From NCBI GenBank assembly GCA_963666425.2, contig OY762825.2:640001-704000 (forward strand): 64,000 nt of DNA, read 5' to 3'. Made by a program: the position numbers and the translations under genes. The notes under the pieces were generated by a model, which saw only the letters and a program-made list of their open reading frames with translations, ran no database searches and had not been told where the DNA came from. This stretch comes from Bacillota bacterium (lineage in GTDB: Bacteria; Bacillota; JAAYKD01). Positions within the stretch are counted from its first letter, which is position 1, and every line of letters begins with the position of its first letter. This document shows, one piece after another, positions 1 to 9,812 of this stretch.

Positions 1-393
1 TGTTTGCAGCGTAACACTGGCACCGTTCTTTTGTTCCACCGTACCATAATAGTAGAGTGTCCCATCCCTGGCGGTCAGCCCCTGCAGATTTTTGGTGGAA
101 GGATAATGATACACCCAAAAAATCAATTTATGCACCATCGCATAGACCGATACCTTACTTTGGTTTTTCGTAAAATAGGTATAAAAATCATCGGTCTTAT
201 ATTCCAGAATAATCTCTGCTTCCGATGTTTTCTCCATGTCGGCTACCCCTTCGGTAGACATGAAGATCTGTCTGGTTTCTGCACCGTCTGTCATGACAAA
301 AACGAAAGTATACACAGCCAGAATCGTGATGACCAGAATCACCAATACTTGCAGCATACTCATTGCCGCCGGTTTCAATACTTTTTCTTCCAA
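1..393 (-). CDS. Hypothetical membrane-anchored protein (partial, runs off window start)
   Basis: Not in ORF track. TTG at 393 with AGGAGG 7 nt upstream; open for 131 codons (MEEKVLKPAAMSMLQVLVILVITILAVYTFVFV...) with one N-terminal hydrophobic helix; starts 24 nt after the prolyl oligopeptidase stop. Confidence 0.75.
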   Translation of the reverse strand, partial: MEEKVLKPAAMSMLQVLVILVITILAVYTFVFVMTDGAETRQIFMSTEGVADMEKTSEAEIILEYKTDDFYTYFTKNQSKVSVYAMVHKLIFWVYHYPSTKNLQGLTARDGTLYYYGTVEQKNGASVTLQT

Positions 394-417
394 TTCGCTT
401 CCTCCTCGATTCCCTGT

Positions 418-2475
418 TTATACTTTCTCTTTTTTATCCATCAGTTGGATCATTAAAAACGCATATAAATCTGTCTGTTCCTCAATTAGCTTAGAAATCG
501 GTTTGCCATGGCCATGCCCCGCGCTTTTTTCCACCCGCAGCAAAATAGGGTTGCTGCCGGCATCGGCAGCCTGCAGTGTCGCTGTAAATTTACGCGCCTG
601 GCAAGGCACCACCCGATCATCTGTATCAGCCGTCATAATCAGAGTCGGCGGATAAACTCGGTTCATTTTGACATTATGCAACGGCGAATAGGCATACATA
701 AATCGAAAGTGTTCCGGATTTTGCTCAGCATTGCCATATTCACCGGTCCAATAACGACCGACCGTAAAGCGATGATAACGCAGCATGTCCAGGACAGGTA
801 CCCAGACGATCACAGCACCAAACAAATCAGGCCGCTGCGTCAGGCAGGCTCCGGTCAAAAGACCGCCATTCGAGCGTCCCATCATGCCAAGCCGCTGGCG
901 GCAGGTATAATTCTGAGCAATCAGCCATTCGGCCGCGGCGATATAATCGTCAAAAACATTCTGTTTGTTGGCAAGCGTCCCCGCTAGGTGCCAGGCTTCG
1001 CCGTACTCTGAACCGCCGCGCAGACAAGGTTCTGCATGAACACCTCCGGCCTGCAGCCAAGCCAAGACCTGCGGAGAAAAATTCGGCGTGCGGTTAATAT
1101 TGAATCCACCATAACCGTAAAGCATCGTGGCATGACTGCCGTCCAGTTTGATGGTTTTACGGCGGGTAATAAACATCGGAATCTGCGTACCATCTTTGGA
1201 GGGATAAAACACCCGAATGGTTTCAAATTGATCAAAAGGAAAATCAAGCTGCGGACGGAACCAAACGCCGGTTTCCTGTGTCTTGAAATCAAAGCGCAGG
1301 ATGGTATCGGGATATAGGAAACTGTTGAACAGGATAAAGCACTCCTCATCCGCCAAGCCTCCACTCAAGCCCCGCACCGATCCCAAACCAGGCAGAGGAA
1401 TTTGCTGCAGATAATTCCCCTCCAGATCATAGCGCTCCAGCACATGCGCAGCGTCTTTGAGATAGGAACAGACGATTTGATCATGCACCAGCTGGATCTC
1501 GTCCAACAGATCCGATTTTTCCGCTAAAATGATCTGCCAGTTTGGTTTAGCCGTCAGCGTCAAATCAACCGCCAGCAAGCATCCCATGGGAGCATGCTGA
1601 TTGGTGCGCAGCAAGAGGCGGTCCTCCAACCAGCCGACCAAGCTGAAAGCAGCCTGAAACTCATTGACCAACGGAATAAATTCTGCCCGACTGTCCAGGG
1701 GGCGGAACCAAACCAAACTGCGCGGATCGGTGCCGATATGGATCAGCAGCAACTGCCATTTGCCGTTTTCACTGACCGACAAGCTTAAACCCCAATCCGG
1801 GTGTTCTTGATTCTCATAGATCAGCGTATCGTCCGCCTGGGCTTCACCCAAGCGATGCAGATAAATCTTCGCATTGCGGCTGATATTTTCTGCGGCTACC
1901 GTTGCAGGATCCGGAAAACGGGTGTAATAGAAGCCAGTCTCGTCCGGCAGCCAGGCAATTTGGGTAAATTTAACCCAATTGAGTTCATCGCTGCGGACTA
2001 GATTCTGCTGCAGATCTTTGACCAGAATCCGCTGCCAATCACTGCCGCTTTGGGAGAGTCCGTAGGCGCAAAAACTCCCCTTGGGGCTGACTGCAAAATG
2101 AGCTGCTTCTACTGTACCATCCTCACTCAACAGATTCGGATCAAGGACGATACTGCCAAGCTCATTTAAATCCTCATGCTGATAGATCACAGCCTGATTT
2201 TGCAAACCGCTGTTGCGGGCAGAGTAGTATTTCCCGGCTTTTTTCACAGGCAGACTCTGCTTCGGATAACAGTAGAGAGAAGTCAGGCGCTCCTGTAACT
2301 GGCGGCGAATTGCATATTGCTGCAAATAAGCATTCGTCTCTGCGTTTTGAGCGGTTGTCCATGCCCTGACTTCAGGATCAAAATCATCCTCCAGCCAACG
2401 GTAGGGATCCGCCACCGGTGTGCCATGAAAATCATCAATTTGATCCATCCGCCGAGTCACGATGCGTTGACGCAT
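418..2475 (-). CDS. Prolyl oligopeptidase (S9A)
   Basis: DPYRWLED, YGYGGF, nucleophile GRSNGG, DDRV and GHG triad motifs; ATG 2475 follows AAGGGAG SD. Confidence 0.93.
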   Translation of the reverse strand: MRQRIVTRRMDQIDDFHGTPVADPYRWLEDDFDPEVRAWTTAQNAETNAYLQQYAIRRQLQERLTSLYCYPKQSLPVKKAGKYYSARNSGLQNQAVIYQHEDLNELGSIVLDPNLLSEDGTVEAAHFAVSPKGSFCAYGLSQSGSDWQRILVKDLQQNLVRSDELNWVKFTQIAWLPDETGFYYTRFPDPATVAAENISRNAKIYLHRLGEAQADDTLIYENQEHPDWGLSLSVSENGKWQLLLIHIGTDPRSLVWFRPLDSRAEFIPLVNEFQAAFSLVGWLEDRLLLRTNQHAPMGCLLAVDLTLTAKPNWQIILAEKSDLLDEIQLVHDQIVCSYLKDAAHVLERYDLEGNYLQQIPLPGLGSVRGLSGGLADEECFILFNSFLYPDTILRFDFKTQETGVWFRPQLDFPFDQFETIRVFYPSKDGTQIPMFITRRKTIKLDGSHATMLYGYGGFNINRTPNFSPQVLAWLQAGGVHAEPCLRGGSEYGEAWHLAGTLANKQNVFDDYIAAAEWLIAQNYTCRQRLGMMGRSNGGLLTGACLTQRPDLFGAVIVWVPVLDMLRYHRFTVGRYWTGEYGNAEQNPEHFRFMYAYSPLHNVKMNRVYPPTLIMTADTDDRVVPCQARKFTATLQAADAGSNPILLRVEKSAGHGHGKPISKLIEEQTDLYAFLMIQLMDKKEKV

Positions 2476-2509
2476 CCAATCATCTCCCTTATTTTTGCTC
2501 TTACCTAGT

Positions 2510-2536
2510 ATTCGCATTTACTAATTTGTTTCCTTC
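2510..2536 (-). promoter_or_regulatory. SigH-like promoter for prolyl oligopeptidase
   Basis: GAAGGAAAC...GAAT, AGGA-N17-GAAT on minus strand. Confidence 0.45.
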
Positions 2537-2628
2537 CTAACTTGCGCCGAAAAGATGCTATTCTCTTTTATTCGCTTTTATGATACACTGCAATTATGAT
2601 TCTATACTGTATAAGGAGGATTCAGAAA

Positions 2629-3285
2629 GTGAACTTAGCGGCAATGATTGATCATACTCTGCTGAAGGCGGATGCGACCGCTGCGCAGATTGAACAGCTG
2701 TGTCGGGAAGCTAGACAGTTCAGCTTTGCGTCGGTCTGTATTAATCCTGTTTATGTCAGTTTCGCTGCCAAATTGCTGACCGGCAGTGCGGTCAAGGTTT
2801 GTACTGTGATTGGATTTCCCTTAGGCGCCATCTGCAGTGAGGATAAAGCGGAAGAAGCACATCGAGCAATTGCCAATGGCGCTGCAGAACTGGATATGGT
2901 GCTGGCGATTGGCGCCGCTAAAAGCGGCGACTGGCAAAGTGTGGAATCCGATATCCTGGCCGTCTGCCGGGCTGCCGGGGGACAGGCGATTGTCAAAGTA
3001 ATCTTAGAAACCTGCTTGCTTACCGACGAAGAAATCGTTGCTGCCTGCCTATGTGCGCAAAGAGCCGGTGCGGCGTTTGTTAAAACCTCCACCGGGTTTT
3101 CCAGCGGCGGCGCAACCGAACATCATGTGCAGCTGATGCGTAAAACCGTTGCTGCAACTATGGGTGTCAAAGCCTCCGGCGGGATTCGCAGCGCGGTTGC
3201 GGCGCGTGCCATGGTCAAGGCAGGAGCCAATCGCATCGGTACGAGTTCCGGACCGGCAATTATCCTGGAAAATGAAACTCATTGA
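2629..3285 (+). CDS. deoC: Deoxyribose-phosphate aldolase
   Basis: IDHTLL, VIGFPLG, KVILET, FVKTSTGF, VKASGGIR, RIGTS; GTG start after AGGAGG. Confidence 0.96.
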   Translation: MNLAAMIDHTLLKADATAAQIEQLCREARQFSFASVCINPVYVSFAAKLLTGSAVKVCTVIGFPLGAICSEDKAEEAHRAIANGAAELDMVLAIGAAKSGDWQSVESDILAVCRAAGGQAIVKVILETCLLTDEEIVAACLCAQRAGAAFVKTSTGFSSGGATEHHVQLMRKTVAATMGVKASGGIRSAVAARAMVKAGANRIGTSSGPAIILENETH

Positions 3286-3334
3286 GGTTATGCCTTTTGA
3301 GCATATCAGAGATTAAAAAAACGAAAGGGTGTCT

Positions 3335-3877
3335 ATGATGTCGAAACTAGTCAAAGGTCAAACTGCTCCTGATTTTATCTTCCGTACCCCCTGGCTGGAA
3401 AACCAGAAATTCTCCGAATGGGTTGCTAAAGCAGACAAAACTGTGCTGATCTTTTCCCGTTACTATGGCTGCTCGCTTTGCCAGCTCGATATCGCGGAAA
3501 TGGCGGAGTCCTTTCCTAAATTCGCTGCTAAAGGAGCCCAGGTACTGATGGCTCTGCAGAGCGCGCCGGAGACCATTCAAGCGGAACTGAAGGAAGACAG
3601 CCTGCCTTTTCCGATCATTCTTGATCCGGAACAAGCAATCTATCATCTCTATGATCTCAACGTCGCAGAAGATTTAAAAAAAGCAATCAATCTGAAAACA
3701 TTATCGCGCATTGCGAAAGCCAAATTAAAAGGCTTTCAGCATGGTAAATATGAAGGCGAAGAGAATCAGCTGCAGGCGGCGTTAATTCTGGATCAGAACA
3801 GGCAAGTTCTCTTTGTAAAATACGCAGAGTCTTTATCGGATGTACCGGATGCCGAAGAGCTGCTGGCATTGCTTTAG
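3335..3877 (+). CDS. Peroxiredoxin-like AhpC/TSA-family redoxin
   Basis: GQTAPDF start, RYYGCSLC CxxC motif, LPFPIILDP. Confidence 0.8.
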   Translation: MMSKLVKGQTAPDFIFRTPWLENQKFSEWVAKADKTVLIFSRYYGCSLCQLDIAEMAESFPKFAAKGAQVLMALQSAPETIQAELKEDSLPFPIILDPEQAIYHLYDLNVAEDLKKAINLKTLSRIAKAKLKGFQHGKYEGEENQLQAALILDQNRQVLFVKYAESLSDVPDAEELLALL

Positions 3878-3919
3878 AGCAGGACAATTCGCCTGGAACA
3901 GGCCACTTGAAAATCTTTG

Positions 3920-3963
3920 GCTACCGGAACAATCACAGACTTGCTTGTTCCGGTAGCTTTTTT
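3920..3963 (+). terminator. Intrinsic terminator
   Basis: GCTACCGGAACAA...TTGTTCCGGTAGC followed by T6. Confidence 0.8.
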
Positions 3964-4190
3964 ATGCAATGAGCCCTGCTTTGTACCGCAGGCCAAAGGT
4001 GCCCTTTTTTTGTCGCCTTCCTATGAAAACCGGATGGGTTTTCTGTTCCGCGGACTGCATTATCGATGAGTGGCTGCTCCGCAGCAGAGAAAGCAGTTCA
4101 TCTATTTTTCGTATCATCTTAAATGTTTCGACTTATATTGGCATATTTTACTATATTAATTATATTTTTCTGAATGTTTACCAAAAACAG

Positions 4191-4219
4191 TTGCAACTGC
4201 TGCCGCTTGCGACTATAAT
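4191..4219 (+). promoter_or_regulatory. SigA promoter for GT2
   Basis: TTGCAA-N17-TATAAT. Confidence 0.6.
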
Positions 4220-4273
4220 AGCAAAAACACAAATCGCATCTTCGTGACTACGAACGACGCAAGGAGGCAAACA

Positions 4274-5560
4274 GTGCTATTACAATTTGAACGCTTTAAT
4301 CAGCTGATTTGGTTGATTTTCACTGTGCTATATTTTTACCAATTCATCTATGTCATGGTTTCCTTATTTCCCGGCAGCCCACGTCAGAAAGATACTACTC
4401 CGCCGCGTCTTCACCGCTACGCCGTGATCTCTGCCGCACGCAATGAAGAAAATGTGATCGGCCATCTGATTGCCAGCATCAAACAACAGAATTATCCTGC
4501 CAATTTGCTTGATGTTTATGTGATCGCCGATAACTGCACAGATAAAACCGCAGCAGCCGCCCGGGCTGCCGGAGCCATCACTTACGAACGGTTCAATTAC
4601 CAACAGGTTGGTAAAGGATATGCTTTGGATTATTTCTTCAAGCAATTGCATCAAGACAATCTATTCGATCAATATGATGGTTTTTTTATTTTTGATGCCG
4701 ATAATCTGTTGGATGCCAATTACATCAGCGAAATGAATCGGTTGTTCGATCAGGGTAAGAATAATGTTATGACCAGTTATCGTAATTCTAAAAATTATGA
4801 CACCAATTGGATTTCGGCGGGTTCCTCCCTATGGTTCATGCGGGAAGCGCGCTTTTTAAACTATTCCCGCACCTTGCTGAACACCAGTTGTGCGGTTTCC
4901 GGGACCGGCTTTTTACTGAAGAAAAGCATAATCGAAAAAAATAAGGGTTGGAAATACCATCTACTGACTGAAGATATCGAATTTTCCATCGACTGTGTCC
5001 TGCACGGTGAAAAAATCGGTTACTGTCCCACCGCTGTTTTTTATGATGAGCAGCCTTGCACCTTCCAGCAATCCTGGCTGCAGCGTTTGCGTTGGGCCAA
5101 AGGATTCTATCAGGTTTTTCAAAATTACGGCGCAAAATTAGCCAAAGCTCTTTTTCAGGAAAATCAGCATTTACTCTCCAGCTATGATATGCTGATGACC
5201 ATCCTGCCTTCGATGTTTCTCACTTTGCTCAGTTTCGTGGTCGATATCGGATTTTTGGTATTTGGCCTTTACGGTAATTTGAGTACAAACCTCTTTTCCA
5301 TTATCGTACCGACGGCAGCTTTGGCGCTGGCCGGAGCCTTATTCAACTTCTACGCGGTTTTATTCCTGATGGGGGCGCTCACCACAATTGCGGAATGGAA
5401 AAGAATCAACTGCGTCTGGTGGAAAAAAGTCCTCTACAGCTTTAGTTTCCCTATTTTTATTGCTTCCTATATTCCGATTTCTCTGGTCGCTTTATTCCAG
5501 AAAGTGGAATGGAAGCCAATCAGTCATACGGTGACGAAAACAATCGAACAAGTCAGATAA
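4274..5560 (+). CDS. Membrane glycosyltransferase family 2 (processive type)
   Basis: ARNEE, ADNCTD, GKG, FDADN, TED and QRLRW motifs; N- and C-terminal TM helices; GTG after AAGGAGG. Confidence 0.88.
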   Translation: MLLQFERFNQLIWLIFTVLYFYQFIYVMVSLFPGSPRQKDTTPPRLHRYAVISAARNEENVIGHLIASIKQQNYPANLLDVYVIADNCTDKTAAAARAAGAITYERFNYQQVGKGYALDYFFKQLHQDNLFDQYDGFFIFDADNLLDANYISEMNRLFDQGKNNVMTSYRNSKNYDTNWISAGSSLWFMREARFLNYSRTLLNTSCAVSGTGFLLKKSIIEKNKGWKYHLLTEDIEFSIDCVLHGEKIGYCPTAVFYDEQPCTFQQSWLQRLRWAKGFYQVFQNYGAKLAKALFQENQHLLSSYDMLMTILPSMFLTLLSFVVDIGFLVFGLYGNLSTNLFSIIVPTAALALAGALFNFYAVLFLMGALTTIAEWKRINCVWWKKVLYSFSFPIFIASYIPISLVALFQKVEWKPISHTVTKTIEQVR

Positions 5561-5563
5561 AAG

Positions 5564-5606
5564 AAAAAATGCCGCTGCGAAAACCCAATTTCGCAGCGGC
5601 TTATTT
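5564..5606. terminator. Bidirectional intrinsic terminator
   Basis: GCCGCTGCGAAA...TTTCGCAGCGGC between convergent genes, A-rich and T-rich flanks. Confidence 0.75.
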
Positions 5607-5612
5607 ATGTAC

Positions 5613-7229
5613 TTAATTGATTGTTTTACAGGAGACAAAGATCCGGTTACTGATCAGCACCGCCATTTCTCGTGTCGCTACCGCGCGGGGTGAAAGATAG
5701 GCAAAATCGATTCCCTGTACGATACCGCCGGCCACCAGGCGTTCGACGGCTGCACGCGCCTCGGCTGTCACTTCGCTTTGATCGACACTGATCAAAGCAG
5801 CCGGCTGCTTTACCGTGCCCGAAAAGTGCTGTCGAACCGCGTCAAACAGCTGCATCAGCTGCTGGCGCGGACAATCCATGGCTGCTTCTGCCGAATTCCA
5901 GCTCAGGTCAGTCAATAAGGTTAGCCGGCGCGCTTGCTCAAGATACGTTTTTGCGCCAGGTAAAATCAAATCCGTCTGCCCCGCCAAACGCTGATAAAGC
6001 GAGACAGCCAATTGACAGGCTTCTTCTCTGCTAATCGGCTCCGTATAGCGCCGCTGCAGGAGGAGCGGGACCAAATCATTGGCTTCCGCCGCTGCAATTT
6101 CCGGCTCTGCCCAAGCATCTGCCGGAAGATCCTGCAAACTAAGATAGACAGCATTGCTCAATGGCCGCGTCGCTTTGGTATAAAAAACACCATCCACATA
6201 GAAGGCCGACGAATCGCCGCCATCCAAATTGATGGCATTCTCGGCGCCGAGTGCCTGCATCGCCAGCGCCAAATCCGCGATGGAGCAAGCGGCTACCGTA
6301 CCGAAGACCAGTTCACCCGCTTTGGTCATCGCAAGAAAGCTGCGCTGTTCTTTGCCTGAGAATAAATGCTGTTCTGTAAAACCTTCCGCTGCCGGATCAC
6401 AGGCGATGACGCCGTTTTTCACCAGCGTCGGTCCGGCTCCTAAGCTAAAGACGATATTGTTCCAATCCAGTAATTGGCCCGGAGCAGCGATCCCGTTGCT
6501 GATTTGGTTTTCGTAAGTCTTGATTTGGTAGGACACCTGATCCCCCAGCTGGAAACGCTTAGCATACTCGCTGTCATCGATCAGCAGGGTGAATCCTTCC
6601 CGGTCGATCGCCGCTTCACCGCGCACGATCTCACTGACAATCCCCTGGCGCACGACAATGGATGTTCCGGTATGACTGCCGGTCGTGCTGCCGAAATCAT
6701 GCGTAAACAGAATGATTTCACCCGCAGTCTGATAGCGATGGTTCATCCCCCAAGCAGTCCAGCTCTGATCTTCCGCGCCGCTTCGCTTGATGCTGCCGCT
6801 GATTTCGGTATACAAGCGTTCCACCCTGCTCTTGCCGGACGAATCCACCGCAAAGACCGAACCGATATTGCCCAGATGCAAAAATTCCCCCTCCAGCTGA
6901 ATCACACCATACGGCAACGGCAATTTCTCGTAGGCTCCGTAATAACCGCCGTTGATCATCGCCAGCGAGGCAATTTCGTTTTGCAGCAGTTCTGCCGCCA
7001 TGACCTCCAGGTTTGCCACCGCGGCAATCCGATCCTGCGCCAGGATACCGCCTAATTTCACGTTAGGATCCGATAAATCGACCTGAACAAATTTCAGTTG
7101 ATAAGTGGTTCCAGCCAGCTGTATTTGCTGGCTTCTCGCTTGCAGTTTGTTTTCAGCGGCGCTGACTACAAAAGTGCTGCTGCAGAACAAGCTTAAGAGT
7201 AGGATGCAGAGAAAAAGACGTTTTTTCAC
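5613..7229 (-). CDS. Secreted phosphodiester glycosidase (NAGPA-like) family protein with C-terminal SLH-like region
   Basis: Signal peptide; INGGY, GAGPTLVKNG, AINLDGGDS motifs; C-terminal GIVQG...P...TRE SLH-like pattern. Confidence 0.8.
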   Translation of the reverse strand: MKKRLFLCILLLSLFCSSTFVVSAAENKLQARSQQIQLAGTTYQLKFVQVDLSDPNVKLGGILAQDRIAAVANLEVMAAELLQNEIASLAMINGGYYGAYEKLPLPYGVIQLEGEFLHLGNIGSVFAVDSSGKSRVERLYTEISGSIKRSGAEDQSWTAWGMNHRYQTAGEIILFTHDFGSTTGSHTGTSIVVRQGIVSEIVRGEAAIDREGFTLLIDDSEYAKRFQLGDQVSYQIKTYENQISNGIAAPGQLLDWNNIVFSLGAGPTLVKNGVIACDPAAEGFTEQHLFSGKEQRSFLAMTKAGELVFGTVAACSIADLALAMQALGAENAINLDGGDSSAFYVDGVFYTKATRPLSNAVYLSLQDLPADAWAEPEIAAAEANDLVPLLLQRRYTEPISREEACQLAVSLYQRLAGQTDLILPGAKTYLEQARRLTLLTDLSWNSAEAAMDCPRQQLMQLFDAVRQHFSGTVKQPAALISVDQSEVTAEARAAVERLVAGGIVQGIDFAYLSPRAVATREMAVLISNRIFVSCKTIN

Positions 7230-7257
7230 TCAATCACTTCTCCCTTAAAAACCCGAA

Positions 7258-7299
7258 GGGCAGCAGCGCGTTTTCTTATTTGCTGCGTCTGCTGCCTTA
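7258..7299. terminator. Hairpin / possible terminator after DUF2089 gene
   Basis: GGCAGCAG...CTGCTGCC inverted repeat. Confidence 0.45.
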
Positions 7300-7313
7300 A
7301 AGGTCAAACTGAC

Positions 7314-7694
7314 CTAGATCTGTTTAATTTTTTCCATGGCGTCTTCCATGCTGATCTCGCCCTTACCCAGTTGTTCCAGAATGGTCCGACGCTGAGCAGC
7401 CTTCTGATCTTCGCTGTCTGGCCTGTCTACCGTATAACCCAACGCTTCAATCACGGTATCCAGGCGGTTGCGCACGGTGGGATAGGAAATTCCCAGTTCG
7501 CGTTCGACTTCTTTAATGTTCCCTCTGGAACGGATAAACACCTCAACAAATTCTTTCAGTTCCGGACTTAACTGGCAGAATTTACAGACATCAAATTCCC
7601 CTTCAATGGTGGTGCCGCAATTATCGCAGTGCAGTCGGGTGACGGAAAGAGCTTCGTAGCATACCGGACAGCGCCCAAGTACTTTACGTTTCAT
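7314..7694 (-). CDS. DUF2089 family zinc-ribbon/HTH protein
   Basis: CPVC...CDNC...IEGEF, GNIKEVERELGISYPTVRNRLD, SHOCT-like tail. Confidence 0.88.
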   Translation of the reverse strand: MKRKVLGRCPVCYEALSVTRLHCDNCGTTIEGEFDVCKFCQLSPELKEFVEVFIRSRGNIKEVERELGISYPTVRNRLDTVIEALGYTVDRPDSEDQKAAQRRTILEQLGKGEISMEDAMEKIKQI

Positions 7695-7821
7695 TTTTAT
7701 CATTCCTTTCAGCGGAGCTTTCTTTCATTTCTTCTTATTATTGTCTCTGTTTTTACAGAGTTTGTCAAGTGCCATTTTACCGCTTTGATTTGAGCAAACA
7801 AAATTGATTTGCTTAATCAGG

Positions 7822-7929
7822 AATGTTCGCCTTTAACGTTGACTTTTCTGATATAGCATGATATAATGTTCATGATTCGACGAATAACCGAACAATTTTA
7901 GGGTTTTACCCATCAAATCGTTCGTGTTC
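7822..7929 (+). promoter_or_regulatory. pur operon SigA promoter flanked by PurR PurBoxes
   Basis: TTGACT(7839)-N17-TATAAT(7862) with extended TG; PurBox ATAACCGAACAAT at 7884-7896, inverted AAAGGCGAACATT at 7822-7834, weaker inverted copy about 7917-7929. Confidence 0.75.
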
Positions 7930-7950
7930 GACAAGAAAGGGGTTATTCAT

Positions 7951-8481
7951 ACGGAAAAGAAAGTTTGGCTGATCATGGGCAGTGATTCCGACCTGGCTTT
8001 GATGGCTTCCGCTGCGAAAATCCTGGAGGATTTCAGTGTGCCCTATGAAATGACAATTGCCTCTGCTCATCGCTGCACCAATTACGTGACCGAGCATGCT
8101 GCCGAATTGGCAAAAGAAGGTTTTGGCGTCGTGATCGCTGCTGCTGGCTTGGCTGCTCATTTACCCGGAGTGATCGCCGGCAGCACCAGCTTGCCGGTAA
8201 TTGGGGTTCCGCTTGCTTCCGGAGCATTACAGGGCGTGGATGCGCTCTACGCCATTGTGCAGATGCCAACCGGCGTGCCCGTTGCTTGTGTCGCAATCAA
8301 TGGTGTGAAAAACGCCGCTCTGTTAGCGGTGCAAATCCTGGCGCTTGCCAATCCCCGCCTCGCAGAAGCCTTTGCAAACTACAAGGAAAACCTGGCACAG
8401 GAAGTATTGACAAAGAATGAAAAATTAGCAAAAATCGGTTATGCAGCTTACCTAAAGGAAAAGGGGGTCACTTCCATATGA
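7951..8481 (+). CDS. purE: N5-CAIR mutase PurE
   Basis: [37 protein letters not shown]; start uncertain (ACG at 7951 after SD, or GTG at 7924 without SD). Confidence 0.95.
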   Translation, partial: TEKKVWLIMGSDSDLALMASAAKILEDFSVPYEMTIASAHRCTNYVTEHAAELAKEGFGVVIAAAGLAAHLPGVIAGSTSLPVIGVPLASGALQGVDALYAIVQMPTGVPVACVAINGVKNAALLAVQILALANPRLAEAFANYKENLAQEVLTKNEKLAKIGYAAYLKEKGVTSI

Positions 8482-9773
8482 TTGAACGTTATACCAGACC
8501 TGTGATGGCAAAGTTATGGTCAGAAGACAACCGTTATCAAAAATGGCTGGAAGTTGAACTATTGGCAGCCGAAGCCTGGGCTGAGTTGGGTGTCGTCCCG
8601 CGCGAAGCGGCGCAGCAGCTGCGCAAGAACGCCCGTTTTAATGTCCAGCGCATCAATGAAATTGAAGCGGAAACACGTCATGATGTGGTCGCCTTCACCC
8701 GCTGTATCGCAGAGAACCTGGGAGAAGAATCGAAATATCTGCATTATGGCCTCACCTCCACCGACGTCGTCGATACCGCGCTTTCCGCTGTTTTGAAAGA
8801 AGCAGTCAGCCTGATTCAGGAAGACCTTGATCGCTTTGCGGAAGTACTGCGGCAGCAAGCAATTCGTTATAAAGACGTGCCTTGCATGGGCCGTACCCAT
8901 GGCGTCCATGCGGAACCAACCACCTTCGGCCTGAAATTGGCCCTGTGGTACAGCGAAACCCGCCGCAATATCGTTCGTTTGGCTCGCGCCAAAGAAGCGA
9001 TTGCCGTCGGTAAAATTTCCGGTGCGGTTGGTACTTATGCCAATGTCGATCCTTTTGTAGAACGTTATGTCTGCGAAGGCATGAATTTGCAGCCCGCTCT
9101 GATTTCCACGCAGATTTTACAGCGTGATCGCCACGCCGAATTGATGACCACGCTGGCGATCATCGCTTCCTGTTTGGATAAATACGCGACAGAGATCCGC
9201 GGCCTGCAAAAGACCGAAATTCGGGAAGTAGAAGAGCCCTTCCGTCCCGGCCAAAAAGGATCTTCCGCCATGCCGCACAAACGCAATCCGGTCAACTGTG
9301 AACAAGTCAGCGGCTTAGCCCGTGTGATCCGCGGCAATGCGATTGCTGCGCTGGAGGATATTCCTCTCTGGCATGAACGCGACATCTCCCATTCTTCCGT
9401 CGAGCGGATTATCCTGCCTGATACTACCACTCTGATCGATTATCTATTGGTTAAGTTCACCGGCATTGTTAAAGATTTGCTGGTTTACCCCAAAAATATG
9501 CTGCGCAATATCGATAAGAGCCATGGTTTGATCCATAGCCAGCAAGTCCTGCTCAAACTGATCGAAAAAGGCCTGCTGCGGGAAACCGCTTATGATCTGG
9601 TGCAAAAAAATGCCATGCGCGCCTGGGAAGAAGAGCTGCCCTTCCGGGAATTGCTCAGCCAGGAACCGCTGATTACCGAAAAACTGACTGCGGCAGACTT
9701 GGATGATTGTTTTGACATCCGGCATCACTTAAAGTATGTTGATGATATCTTTGCCAAGCTGGGCCTAGTCTAA
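8478..9773 (+). CDS. purB: Adenylosuccinate lyase
   Basis: [27 protein letters not shown] signature. Confidence 0.97.
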   Translation: MIERYTRPVMAKLWSEDNRYQKWLEVELLAAEAWAELGVVPREAAQQLRKNARFNVQRINEIEAETRHDVVAFTRCIAENLGEESKYLHYGLTSTDVVDTALSAVLKEAVSLIQEDLDRFAEVLRQQAIRYKDVPCMGRTHGVHAEPTTFGLKLALWYSETRRNIVRLARAKEAIAVGKISGAVGTYANVDPFVERYVCEGMNLQPALISTQILQRDRHAELMTTLAIIASCLDKYATEIRGLQKTEIREVEEPFRPGQKGSSAMPHKRNPVNCEQVSGLARVIRGNAIAALEDIPLWHERDISHSSVERIILPDTTTLIDYLLVKFTGIVKDLLVYPKNMLRNIDKSHGLIHSQQVLLKLIEKGLLRETAYDLVQKNAMRAWEEELPFRELLSQEPLITEKLTAADLDDCFDIRHHLKYVDDIFAKLGLV

Positions 9774-9781
9774 AATAAAGC

Positions 9782-9812
9782 AAAAAGCGGTAGCCTCAAA
9801 GCTGCCGTTTTT
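9782..9812 (+). terminator. Terminator-like hairpin between purB and purS
   Basis: AAAAAGCGGTAGC-ctcaaa-GCTGCCGTTTTT. Confidence 0.6.

Noticed and set aside
4220-4267. GT2 leader hairpin TTCGT-gact-ACGAA followed by GACGCAA, reminiscent of a c-di-GMP-I riboswitch P2
   Set aside because: No GNRA loop, no GGCAAA motif, and no room for the second stem before the SD.
8481-8481. Absence of purK after purE
   Set aside because: Common in anaerobic Bacillota, where N5-CAIR can form without PurK at high CO2; not unusual on its own.
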